From contig CAVGNR010000009.1 of assembly GCA_963630675.1 (NCBI GenBank), forward strand, positions 886-64,885: a stretch of 64,000 nt of DNA. Direction: 5' to 3'. The position numbers and the translations under genes were made by a program. How positions within the stretch are numbered: position 1 is the first letter of the stretch; each line of letters starts with the position of its first letter. The notes under the pieces are model-generated. The model had not been told where the DNA came from. It ran no database searches and was given only the letters and a program-made list of their open reading frames with translations. The stretch comes from Escherichia coli. GTDB taxonomy: Bacteria > Bacillota_I > Bacilli_A > RFN20 > CAG-826. Positions 48,463 through 57,691 of the stretch are shown here, one piece after another.

Positions 48463-49737
48463 ATGATGCTTCTTAATGCTGTTATTGCCGAAGCCAGCAT
48501 CGGTGGTAACCTTGCGACCGCCTTGACCTCAGAAAAATTATGGGTCAATATCGCGCAAACGGTTATCTTCATTCTTCTTGGTTTTTTCTTTACGAAGAAA
48601 AAACTTTTGCCAGATAAGACAGGCAAAATCTTAACGAAATTCGTTATGAGTGTTTGCTTACCTTGCCTTGCATTCTGCTCTTTTATGTCTGATTTCACGG
48701 TTTCCGGTGGAATCGATGCCCTTGTGAATTTCATTTTGGGCTTTGTCTTTTATATCGGATTCATTTTCTTGGCCAAATTGATTTTCATTTGGGTCAAAGA
48801 TAAAAAGAAGAGAACTGTTCTCTCTGTCCTTTTTGCTTTTGGCTCTACGACCTTCTTTGGCTATCCTCTTGTCGTTGCCATCTATGGAGGAACGGCTGGC
48901 AATAACTTCAATATCATGAACGTTGCTTATCGTGTCTTCCTCTATTCTTATGCTTACCTTGCTGTAGCTAACCTCGAAGATGAAACTTCACCTGAAGCGG
49001 ATGCTTCTAGCTTGGGACATGAAAACAAACCAGTCGTTGATAAATCCGTTAAGAGCATTCTTAAAAAAGTGTTCCTTAACCCAATTGTCATTGCAACCTT
49101 TGCCGGTTTGCTTCTTTGGATTTTGCAAGCCATCCCAGGAACGGCTATAGTGAACAAAAACGTTTTTGGCGCTTATCCTTCCGCCTCTCCAGATGCGAAA
49201 GTTGCTTTCTGGAGATTTGATGCAACCTTACCTTGGTTCTATCAAGCTGCAAATAAACTTGGTGGATTATCTAGTACCATTATCTTGTTTGCTATTGGTT
49301 GCACTTTGGGTGGAACCAATATTAAAGATGCCGCAACCGACAAATACGCTTGGATTTGGACGGCTATCAAAGTCGTTGTTGCCCCAGCTATTGTTTTAGG
49401 TGTTTTACTCGCCATGCAATCCATTGCGAATGCTACTGGTTTCTTAACCAATGCTACTGGTGCCTTAAAAGATGGCGCTCCAGAATACGCAAAGAACGTT
49501 TCTCAATTAGTTTCTGTAAATACTTTAAGCTCTGTCGTTATCACTTGGATGGTTCCACCAGCAACCGTTGCTGTTGGATATTGCATCAACTTTGATAAAG
49601 AAAAAGAAATGGCTTCCCATATTTCTTTAATCGGCACTTTTGGTTCGGTTATTGGAATTGTCATTTGGGTTATTGTTCTTACCGTTTTGACCAGCAGTGG
49701 GCTCTTCTATGATCCAAGCTGGTTTGTGGCCGCTTAA
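48463..49737 (+). CDS. AEC-family (auxin efflux carrier/malate permease-like) transporter
   Basis: About 10 TM helices organised as two repeats, with a central hydrophilic loop. Confidence 0.6.
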   Translation: MMLLNAVIAEASIGGNLATALTSEKLWVNIAQTVIFILLGFFFTKKKLLPDKTGKILTKFVMSVCLPCLAFCSFMSDFTVSGGIDALVNFILGFVFYIGFIFLAKLIFIWVKDKKKRTVLSVLFAFGSTTFFGYPLVVAIYGGTAGNNFNIMNVAYRVFLYSYAYLAVANLEDETSPEADASSLGHENKPVVDKSVKSILKKVFLNPIVIATFAGLLLWILQAIPGTAIVNKNVFGAYPSASPDAKVAFWRFDATLPWFYQAANKLGGLSSTIILFAIGCTLGGTNIKDAATDKYAWIWTAIKVVVAPAIVLGVLLAMQSIANATGFLTNATGALKDGAPEYAKNVSQLVSVNTLSSVVITWMVPPATVAVGYCINFDKEKEMASHISLIGTFGSVIGIVIWVIVLTVLTSSGLFYDPSWFVAA

Positions 49738-49748
49738 GGAGATTCATT

Positions 49749-50756
49749 ATGGAAAAGAAAATGATTTGTTTTGGCTGCCGTGACTATGAACTTCCTTATT
49801 TCAAACAATTAGGTGAGAAATACGGATATGAATTAGTTACCAGACCTGAATATTTAAACAACGACAACTATGAACTTGCTCTTGGCTATGAGAATGTGAT
49901 GGTTCGTGGCAATTGCGTGGTTGATAGAGAGCACCTTGCTAAGCTTAAGGAAGCAGGTCTCAAATATTACTTAACCCGTACGGCTGGTTATAACCACGTT
50001 GATGTTCAAGCTTGTAAAGACTTAGGCATTGAAACCGCCTTTGTTCCTGGCTATTCTCCAAACGCTATCAGTGAGCTTGCTCTTACCTTATCTATGATGC
50101 TTCTTCGTCATACAGCTTATGCAACCTCTCTTTCTCATGAAGGGCATTTCAAGGTTACCGATACAATGTTCTCCAAGGAAATCCGTGATTGCACGGTCGG
50201 TATTTTAGGATGTGGAAGAATCGGTCGTGTTACCGCCTCCCTTTTCAAAGACTTAGGTGCTAAGGTCATCGGTTATGATGTCTTTGTTTCTCCAGCTTGC
50301 GAAGGCTTGATTGAAATGAAGAAGACTCCAGATGAGGTCATGAAAGAAGCAGATGTGGTAGTTTGCCATATGGCTTATGTCAAAGGAAAGAACGATAAAT
50401 TCATTTCCAAAGAACTTATTGGAAAGATGAAAGAGGGTGCAATCCTTGTAAATGTTGCTCGTGGTGAAGTAATGGACAATTTGGCTGCTTTGGAAGCTGT
50501 CAAAGAGGGAAAACTTGGTGGATTAGGACTTGACGTTATCGACAACGAAAAAGTTCTTTTCAACAAAGATCATGATCCAAAAGCAATGCCAAACGAAGAA
50601 GATCAATTAATCGTTGATCTCTACCCAAGAGTTCTTATCACCCCACATCTTGGTTCTGCAACGGAACACGCTTTGATTGATATGATTGAAATCACTCTTC
50701 AAAACATGGAAGAATATCGCCTTACAGGCAAGTGCAAGAATTCCTTGATTAAATAG
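49749..50756 (+). CDS. D-isomer-specific 2-hydroxyacid dehydrogenase (D-lactate dehydrogenase-like)
   Basis: NAD-binding GCGRIGRVTA motif and a catalytic-domain signature. Confidence 0.75.
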   Translation: MEKKMICFGCRDYELPYFKQLGEKYGYELVTRPEYLNNDNYELALGYENVMVRGNCVVDREHLAKLKEAGLKYYLTRTAGYNHVDVQACKDLGIETAFVPGYSPNAISELALTLSMMLLRHTAYATSLSHEGHFKVTDTMFSKEIRDCTVGILGCGRIGRVTASLFKDLGAKVIGYDVFVSPACEGLIEMKKTPDEVMKEADVVVCHMAYVKGKNDKFISKELIGKMKEGAILVNVARGEVMDNLAALEAVKEGKLGGLGLDVIDNEKVLFNKDHDPKAMPNEEDQLIVDLYPRVLITPHLGSATEHALIDMIEITLQNMEEYRLTGKCKNSLIK

Positions 50757-50846
50757 TCTTAGACAAAAGAAAAATCGCTTGGTTTTGCCAGGCGATTTTT
50801 TAGTTCTAAGTAATTACAAAACAGGTATACGCCCCGCTTCGTTTTA

Positions 50847-51548
50847 CTAATATCCAAGTTGAAGTTGGAAAGCGTGATTTACGAAATAGTAGGAATTATT
50901 TTCAAAACCGTATTGGATTGGTAAAGATTCGCCCAATTTGATTTCGTGAACGTATTTAATATCAATTAACTTCAGTTCGTGTTCTTTTAAGAATTCAATC
51001 GGAATCATATTTTCGGCAATATCTAAATAAGACGTGTTGTTAATATGCCCATTTAAATCACAGAAGGAAAATTGAGCGAGGATTTCGCCATTTTGCGTTA
51101 AATCGAAAGGAATCCTATTGCTTAATGGAATATTAAATGGCCTACCATTTGAAAGATCTTCCACAACAATCCCGTGTTCATTAGGATTGATCATTTTTCT
51201 AGTTTTGATGTCGATAAGAGCCCAAATTGAAGCTCCTTCAATAATGACGTTGCCGTCTTTGTCTTTAACCTCGTAGGAACGTGGGAAAAGAACGTGCATT
51301 GTTTTGCTAGGCCAGGTGGATATAGTGATGGTTTCATCATATTTTGGCATTCTTTTGATTTCAATGTGTTGCTTTGCTACAACCCAAAGTAGACCTTTAT
51401 CTAAGGTGTATTGTCTTGGCATGCCTAACTCTTCTGTATGCTCAATAGAAAGCTCTTGAAGGTAACGTAAAAGAGAAGACGGTCTAAGGTATTGAAAAGG
51501 GGTCACTTGATCAGCAGTGATCTTAAACGTTTTTGAAAAATCGCCCAT
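50847..51548 (-). CDS. acyl-ACP thioesterase-family protein
   Basis: 233 aa double hot-dog thioesterase-like protein (LLWVVAKQHIEI..., IWALIDIKTRK). Confidence 0.6.
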   Translation of the reverse strand: MGDFSKTFKITADQVTPFQYLRPSSLLRYLQELSIEHTEELGMPRQYTLDKGLLWVVAKQHIEIKRMPKYDETITISTWPSKTMHVLFPRSYEVKDKDGNVIIEGASIWALIDIKTRKMINPNEHGIVVEDLSNGRPFNIPLSNRIPFDLTQNGEILAQFSFCDLNGHINNTSYLDIAENMIPIEFLKEHELKLIDIKYVHEIKLGESLPIQYGFENNSYYFVNHAFQLQLGY

Positions 51549-51553
51549 AAAGC

Positions 51554-51808
51554 TTATTTCTTTTTTGCTAATTCTTCTTCAACAGCATTAATGGCATCGC
51601 CTAAAGTTTGAAGTTTTACCCATTTCTTTTCTGGAACGCTAATGCCAAATAAGGTTTCGATTTTTGTCATCACATAAATAAAACGCATGGAGTCTAATGC
51701 GGCATCCGTATTGATAACAGTATCTTCTTGGATGTCCATATTTTGGAATTCATCCAGGTTCTCTTTTAAAATAGCAACGATGTTTTGCTTAATTTCTTCA
51801 CGATTCAT
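51554..51808 (-). CDS. acyl/D-alanyl carrier protein (DltC-like)
   Basis: 84 aa with the phosphopantetheine-attachment motif ALDSMRFIYVM (DSM/F is more DltC-like than the AcpP DSL). Confidence 0.6.
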   Translation of the reverse strand: MNREEIKQNIVAILKENLDEFQNMDIQEDTVINTDAALDSMRFIYVMTKIETLFGISVPEKKWVKLQTLGDAINAVEEELAKKK

Positions 51809-51812
51809 TTTT

Positions 51813-53159
51813 TTACCTCGTTAATTCTTTTAAAGCCCAACGTTTAATCTTCCCTGTTTGAGTTCTAGGAAGCGCGCTCATAACAAAGTTAATTTTACTA
51901 ATTCTTTGGCCTCTCGGCTTACTTAAGTTGAAATTCTGAATCTTTTCATCAACTTCTTTTTGCCCTATCTCTGTTTTAATGAATAATTGAACCTGATTTT
52001 CAATAAGGGCGATGGCAAAATCACTTTTTGGAAGAAGTGGAAGAAGTTCGCCTTCATATTGAGGACAGAAGATTTTTGTGCCATCAGAGAGTAGAAGAAT
52101 GTCTTTCTTTCTACCTGTGATATGAAGAAGGCCGTTTTCATCGATTTTTCCTAAATCCCCAGTGTGGAGATATCCATCAATAATCGTTTTATTGGTTTCT
52201 TCAGGATTTTTATAATAGCCTTGCATCATACAGGTTGGAGAAGAGATTAAGATCTCACCGTCTGAAGCAATTTGAATCTTATCGTCTGGACAAATTGTCA
52301 TTGCTTCAGGATCATCACCAATAGATAAGGCAACGCCTGAGCTCGTTTCGGTTAAGCCATAGCCAAAACTCACGCGAATATGACTGGCTTTAACTAAATC
52401 TAAAATGGTTTTAGGACATGGACCCGCACCAATTAATATCATGCGAAGTTCCTTGTTAAATGTTTTGTTAACAGCCATAAAAGCAGCCATTTGAGGAACA
52501 AGGGAGATAACGGTGGCTTGGAAATAAGCTCCATCGACTAATAAATGTCTATATCCTCTTCCTAAGGCGACTTTGACGCCAAAAGAGAGACCCCATAATA
52601 AAGAACAAACAAAGCCAAAAACATGGCTTAAAGGCAAAATGGATAAGAGAGTATCGCTTTTCTCTAATGGAAGACAAACTCCTCCGTTATAAGCGGACGC
52701 ACATAAAGATTTTTCTGTTAAAACGACAGCTTTGTTATTCATTGTCGTTCCAGATGTGAAGAATAGAATGTTTCCTTTTCCCTTCACGTTGGGATTATTA
52801 ACTAAAGAAGGAGATAATTCGGCAAGGATATCCTTCCTCCCAACCAAATAATCAACATCTGCAGCTTGGACTTGTGCCCTTAATAAATCAATGTGGTCCA
52901 TAGAATTTAGGAGGACCACCTGCTTCTTTGCATTCACGTAAGCAAAAATATTGAGGACGGTTTCTAAGTTATTTTCACAAACAATTCCAACCGAATTGGC
53001 GTTTTTGTTAATCGGAGTAGACAAAATCTTTTTAACAAATTCACCATACGTAAGACTTTTGATTTCATTACCTTCATCAAAAACAAGAGCAGGGCTGTCT
53101 TTGTCCTGACTTTTAAGCATCTCAAGGAAGGTTTTATAACGTTTATTTTGATTGCTCAT
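51813..53159 (-). CDS. adenylate-forming (AMP-binding) carrier-protein ligase (DltA/AasS-like)
   Basis: AMP-binding motifs (FFTSGTTMNNKAV; YGLTETSSG; C-terminal GKIKR). 4-nt gap to the carrier-protein gene. Confidence 0.7.
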   Translation of the reverse strand: MSNQNKRYKTFLEMLKSQDKDSPALVFDEGNEIKSLTYGEFVKKILSTPINKNANSVGIVCENNLETVLNIFAYVNAKKQVVLLNSMDHIDLLRAQVQAADVDYLVGRKDILAELSPSLVNNPNVKGKGNILFFTSGTTMNNKAVVLTEKSLCASAYNGGVCLPLEKSDTLLSILPLSHVFGFVCSLLWGLSFGVKVALGRGYRHLLVDGAYFQATVISLVPQMAAFMAVNKTFNKELRMILIGAGPCPKTILDLVKASHIRVSFGYGLTETSSGVALSIGDDPEAMTICPDDKIQIASDGEILISSPTCMMQGYYKNPEETNKTIIDGYLHTGDLGKIDENGLLHITGRKKDILLLSDGTKIFCPQYEGELLPLLPKSDFAIALIENQVQLFIKTEIGQKEVDEKIQNFNLSKPRGQRISKINFVMSALPRTQTGKIKRWALKELTR

Positions 53160-53298
53160 AAAACCATTATATGTCAATGATAGTTGCTTTACTTTAAAAA
53201 AGATTCGGTAAATCGCTGCAAGTGACATATATACCTAGAATTTTACCGATATTGGTTCTAAAATAATGAAAATCCATTAACAAAGGAGATTGAATACT

Positions 53299-54759
53299 AT
53301 GGACAAAAATATTCGCATTGCGATTATTGGCGGAGGACCAGCCGGTTTAGGCGCAGCCATGTATCTTGAGAAAAAAGGATACACAAACTACGTCATTTAC
53401 GAAAAAACGGACCATGTAGGAGGCAAATGCCACTCCCCATATCACAACGGTAAACGTTATGAAATGGGTGCGATTATGGGCGCACCAACCTATTTTGCCG
53501 TTAAGGACATTGAAGAATTCACTGGCGTAAAACCAGATGGACCAGCACTTGTCCGTGGTTATAAATATCCAGATGGAAGAATCGATCATCGTTGGGATAC
53601 TTCCGATGCAATGAAGCATCCTCTTAACTATTTCCTCCATCACCCAGTTTCCGCAATTCACTTAAAGAAATTAGCCAAACAATTAAAGAAATTCGGCAAG
53701 ATCTTGGAAACGGAATATAAAGGCTATGATGTAACAGGCCATATTGGGGTCGCTCAAGGAAGATATGAAGGCTTTGCCGTTACTCCTGAACGTGAACCAG
53801 TTAAGGGAGTGAATCCAAAATTAAAGGATCTCTCCATGCCATTTAAGGATTTCTGTGAAAAAGTGGGATGCCCACTTGTTCAAGAAGTGTGGGTTCAACC
53901 ATACACTTCCTTCGGCTATGGCTATTTTGATGAAATTCCAGCCGCTTATGTTTTGAAATATCTTGATTTCAAAACAATGATGGATTTCGTTGCTCTTCAT
54001 CTTTATACCTGGAAAGATGGAACACAATCCATCTATGAAGCTTTAAATGCAAAATTAATGCATCAAGCTACATTAAATTCAAATATTACCAAAGTCGTTC
54101 GTGGAGATAAAGTCACTATTACGGTGAATGGCAAGGATGAAGTCTTTGATAAGATGATTATCACCGCCCCTCTCCAAGTTGCAACCGAGAAGAATCCATT
54201 AGATAACCCAATCGCAAAATCCTTGGATACATGGTTAGATGTAAACGAAGAGGAAAGAGCTCTCTTCTCCAAGATCGATTATGAGCGTTATGACACCATG
54301 GCTCTTTTGATCGAAAAAGGAAAATATCCAGACATCTCTCACTATATCGTTGACAACATGGCGCCAGATAGAATGGGTCACTTGATGATTTATTATCATC
54401 GTTGGAAGAATGAACCTGATCAACCAATTACCACCTATGTTTTACGTCATCATAAGACTCGTAATGGTGGTAAAGAACTTCCTTATAAACCTACGCAAGA
54501 ACAAGTCCTTAAGGATATGGAAACGGTTGGAGTTCCAGCTGATAAGAGCTTACCAAACGGTGGCGTTATCAATGAATTCCAAACCTATTATTTCCCACAT
54601 GTCTATTCTGAGGATTATGCTGCTGGCTGGTATGATAAAGTCGAAGCTATGCAAGGTAAGAATAACACTTACTACGCTGGTGAAATCATGTCTTTCGGAG
54701 ATATGGACGAAACCGTTGAATATTCTCACGATTTAGTGGAAAGATTCTTTAACGATTAA
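53299..54759 (+). CDS. FAD/NAD(P)-binding oxidoreductase (amine-oxidase/desaturase-like fold)
   Basis: N-terminal Rossmann motif IRIAIIGGGPAGLGAAMYLEKKG...YEKTDHVGGK. Divergent from the ligase operon. Confidence 0.55.
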   Translation: MDKNIRIAIIGGGPAGLGAAMYLEKKGYTNYVIYEKTDHVGGKCHSPYHNGKRYEMGAIMGAPTYFAVKDIEEFTGVKPDGPALVRGYKYPDGRIDHRWDTSDAMKHPLNYFLHHPVSAIHLKKLAKQLKKFGKILETEYKGYDVTGHIGVAQGRYEGFAVTPEREPVKGVNPKLKDLSMPFKDFCEKVGCPLVQEVWVQPYTSFGYGYFDEIPAAYVLKYLDFKTMMDFVALHLYTWKDGTQSIYEALNAKLMHQATLNSNITKVVRGDKVTITVNGKDEVFDKMIITAPLQVATEKNPLDNPIAKSLDTWLDVNEEERALFSKIDYERYDTMALLIEKGKYPDISHYIVDNMAPDRMGHLMIYYHRWKNEPDQPITTYVLRHHKTRNGGKELPYKPTQEQVLKDMETVGVPADKSLPNGGVINEFQTYYFPHVYSEDYAAGWYDKVEAMQGKNNTYYAGEIMSFGDMDETVEYSHDLVERFFND

Positions 54760-54910
54760 TCATTTTTAAAAAAGGGAACGGCAAAGGAAAAAACCTTTGC
54801 CGTTTTTTCTTTCTACGAATTGTGTAGGATAAATTTCTTGCCCTTTGAAAAAGATTGGGATTAAATGTATTTCGCATCGTTTTTCTTTAGAAAAAGGAAG
54901 GGGGAATAAT

Positions 54911-57688
54911 ATGTTAAAACTGGATAAAATTATTAAAATCTACCAAACAAAGCAAATGAAAGTAGAAGCCCTCAAAGGGATATCTTTGGCTTTTCGTAAA
55001 AACGAATTCGTTTCTATTCTTGGCCCTTCAGGATGCGGAAAAACAACAACCTTAAACATTATCGGAGGATTAGATCACTACACAAACGGAGATTTGGTTA
55101 TCGACGGTCGTTCAACGAAAGAATTCAAAGACCATGATTGGGATGTTTATCGTAATCATAAAATCGGTTTCGTTTTTCAAGCCTACAATTTAATTCCTCA
55201 CGAAAATATTTTAGAGAACGTAGAACTCGCTTTAACCATTAGCGGAGTCTCTAAAGAAGAAAGAGTGAAACTTGCTAAAGACGCTTTAGACAGAGTTGGC
55301 TTGAAAGATATGTATAGCAAGAAGCCAAGTGAACTTTCAGGCGGGCAGTGCCAAAGAGTCGCTATCGCTAGAGCTTTAGTAAATAAACCAGACATCTTAT
55401 TAGCCGATGAACCTACTGGTGCTCTTGATTCTAAAACTTCCGTTCAAATCATGGATTTGATTAAAGAAATTTCCAAAGAGAAACTGGTTATTATGGTTAC
55501 TCATAATCCGGATCTTGCGGAGAAATATTCTACAAGAATCATCAATCTTTTAGATGGAAAAGTGGTGGGAGATACCAACCCGTATTCTTTCGAAGAAGAG
55601 GAAAAAGAGCGGGGACAGGTAGCTAACGAAGAAGAAAAAGAGAAGGCAAAGATGTCTTGGTGGACAGCCTTCAAACTTTCAGCGAAGAACCTTCTTTCGA
55701 AAGCGAAAAGAACCTCTTTAATCGTTGTTGCTTCCTCGATTGGCATTGTTGGGGTTTCTGCTGTTTTAGCTGTCTCTCAAGGTGTTACAGGTTATATCAC
55801 AAACATGCAAGATGACATGCTTTCTGGATATCCGATAGAAGTCTCTGAGAACGCCTTAGATCTTTCCTCTTTGCTTTCCTCTACTACAAGTGCACAACAA
55901 GGAGAAATCGTTCGTCATTCTTGGAAAGATGGAAAAATCGACGTCCAATTTATCACGGAAAGCTTAATTAAAACTTCATCCACGATGAACAATGCGACAT
56001 TAAAAAACGATATCAATGAAGATTACGTCCAATTCATCAAAGATATGCCAGAAGACTATTATGCTGCATTAGGGATGGAATATGGTTTTGATTTGAAAAA
56101 CAATCTATATGTTCATTCTAATATTCATTTGAATGGTTATACCGAGGAAGAATTGGCTAAGCAACGTTATTCCATTTCAGGGATTACTGCTGTTTGCTCA
56201 ACCATTCTTGAAAACATCAATGGAGGGGAATACGCCTCTTATTCCTCTATGGTAGACAACTATACAAATGCTGTAAATCAGGCGCTTCCAAATGAAGATT
56301 ATGTTCTTTCGCAATACGATGTTGTCAAAGGAAAATATGCCACAGGCGAAGACGAAATGATGATTGTTTTGAATCACCGAAACCAATTAACGGAATTCGT
56401 TTTAACTTTGCTTGGGTATTATGGGCAAGATGAATTTGCCAACGCTATCTATCATTTCTCTAAGCAAGAAGACAAAATGGATAAAGAATTATGGGAGAAA
56501 CAACAGTCTTTTACGATTGATGATCTCTTGAATCAAGAATATTACTATTACCCAAATGATTCTATTTATCAGAAAAACAGCTCTTATGATCCAAGTAAGG
56601 CGAATGACCCTCTAGCCCTTCAAGCCTATAACTATTCCTTCATCGATAAGGGCAATTTAGCGAATGGCACAAAGATGAAAGTAGTGGGTATCTTAGCTCC
56701 AAAAGAGAACATGCAATATGGCTCTATGGGATCGGGATTGTATTACACTCAAGCTTTTGCAAATAAATATCTTAAGGATAATTTAAATTCTTCCGTTGCT
56801 TCTTTCGTGAAAGATTATGTTACGAAAAACAAAAATGCTTCCGGTTTCACCTCAGCAGTTATTGACTATAATGGCGTTGAATTGGTATCGGGAATTGGCT
56901 TTATGTATGATGTGAATTTCCCAGACGGTCTTCATTCTCAAGATATCGAAACCTACCAGGGAACGGGTTTGGTTGGCTCTACAAGCTCTCTTGCAAATTT
57001 ATTAGGAATGATCGGCGGAGGTTCTTCGGGTGGAGCAAAATTAGCTAAGAGCGCTCTTCTTTCTGTTCGTGAAGTTGGTGGAAATGACATTCCAGGCGTG
57101 ATTAAAATCTATCCAAATAACTTCAAAGACAAATACAAAGTCACAAACTATCTTGACCAATGGGTCAAAGATGGGGATATTACTTTGTCTACTGGCAAAA
57201 CGCTTGTAAAAGCTGACCGAACAGAAATCAAATACACCGACGATATTTCTCTTATTATTTCTATGATCAATGGAGTGGTAAACATTGTCACTATTGCTTT
57301 GATTTGTTTCACTTCCTTATCACTTGTTGTCTCTACCGTTATGATTGGAATCATCACTTATGTTTCCGTCATGGAAAGGATTAAAGAGATAGGCGTTATT
57401 CGTTCTTTGGGTGGAAGAAAGAAAGACGTCTCTCATTTGTTCAATGCCGAAACGCTTATCATTGGTGCTTTCTCTGGTGCATTCGGTCTTCTTGTAACTT
57501 ACTTCATTGAAATCATTTTGAATTTGACGGTAGGGGTAAAGTATTCTTTAGGAATGATTGCCAACTTAAATTGGTATTCCGCTTTGATAATTCTCCTTAT
57601 CAGCATCCTTTTGACGATGATTGCAGGCATTATTCCAGCTCAGGCTGCTGCAAGACAAGATCCGGTTGAAGCTTTGCGTAGTGAATAA
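54911..57688 (+). CDS. fused ABC transporter (MacB/FtsX-like ATPase plus permease)
   Basis: Walker A GPSGCGKTT, signature LSGGQCQRVAIARAL, Walker B LLADEPTGALD. Followed by a TM helix, a large extracytoplasmic domain and a C-terminal FtsX-like 3-TM bundle. Confidence 0.75.
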   Translation: MLKLDKIIKIYQTKQMKVEALKGISLAFRKNEFVSILGPSGCGKTTTLNIIGGLDHYTNGDLVIDGRSTKEFKDHDWDVYRNHKIGFVFQAYNLIPHENILENVELALTISGVSKEERVKLAKDALDRVGLKDMYSKKPSELSGGQCQRVAIARALVNKPDILLADEPTGALDSKTSVQIMDLIKEISKEKLVIMVTHNPDLAEKYSTRIINLLDGKVVGDTNPYSFEEEEKERGQVANEEEKEKAKMSWWTAFKLSAKNLLSKAKRTSLIVVASSIGIVGVSAVLAVSQGVTGYITNMQDDMLSGYPIEVSENALDLSSLLSSTTSAQQGEIVRHSWKDGKIDVQFITESLIKTSSTMNNATLKNDINEDYVQFIKDMPEDYYAALGMEYGFDLKNNLYVHSNIHLNGYTEEELAKQRYSISGITAVCSTILENINGGEYASYSSMVDNYTNAVNQALPNEDYVLSQYDVVKGKYATGEDEMMIVLNHRNQLTEFVLTLLGYYGQDEFANAIYHFSKQEDKMDKELWEKQQSFTIDDLLNQEYYYYPNDSIYQKNSSYDPSKANDPLALQAYNYSFIDKGNLANGTKMKVVGILAPKENMQYGSMGSGLYYTQAFANKYLKDNLNSSVASFVKDYVTKNKNASGFTSAVIDYNGVELVSGIGFMYDVNFPDGLHSQDIETYQGTGLVGSTSSLANLLGMIGGGSSGGAKLAKSALLSVREVGGNDIPGVIKIYPNNFKDKYKVTNYLDQWVKDGDITLSTGKTLVKADRTEIKYTDDISLIISMINGVVNIVTIALICFTSLSLVVSTVMIGIITYVSVMERIKEIGVIRSLGGRKKDVSHLFNAETLIIGAFSGAFGLLVTYFIEIILNLTVGVKYSLGMIANLNWYSALIILLISILLTMIAGIIPAQAAARQDPVEALRSE

Positions 57689-57691
57689 AAA

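Noticed and set aside
51554-53159. Considered annotating the ligase/carrier pair as a canonical dltA/dltC D-alanylation system.
   Set aside because: No dltB (MBOAT) or dltD is adjacent, and a thioesterase is. The call is kept generic: adenylate-forming ligase plus carrier protein.
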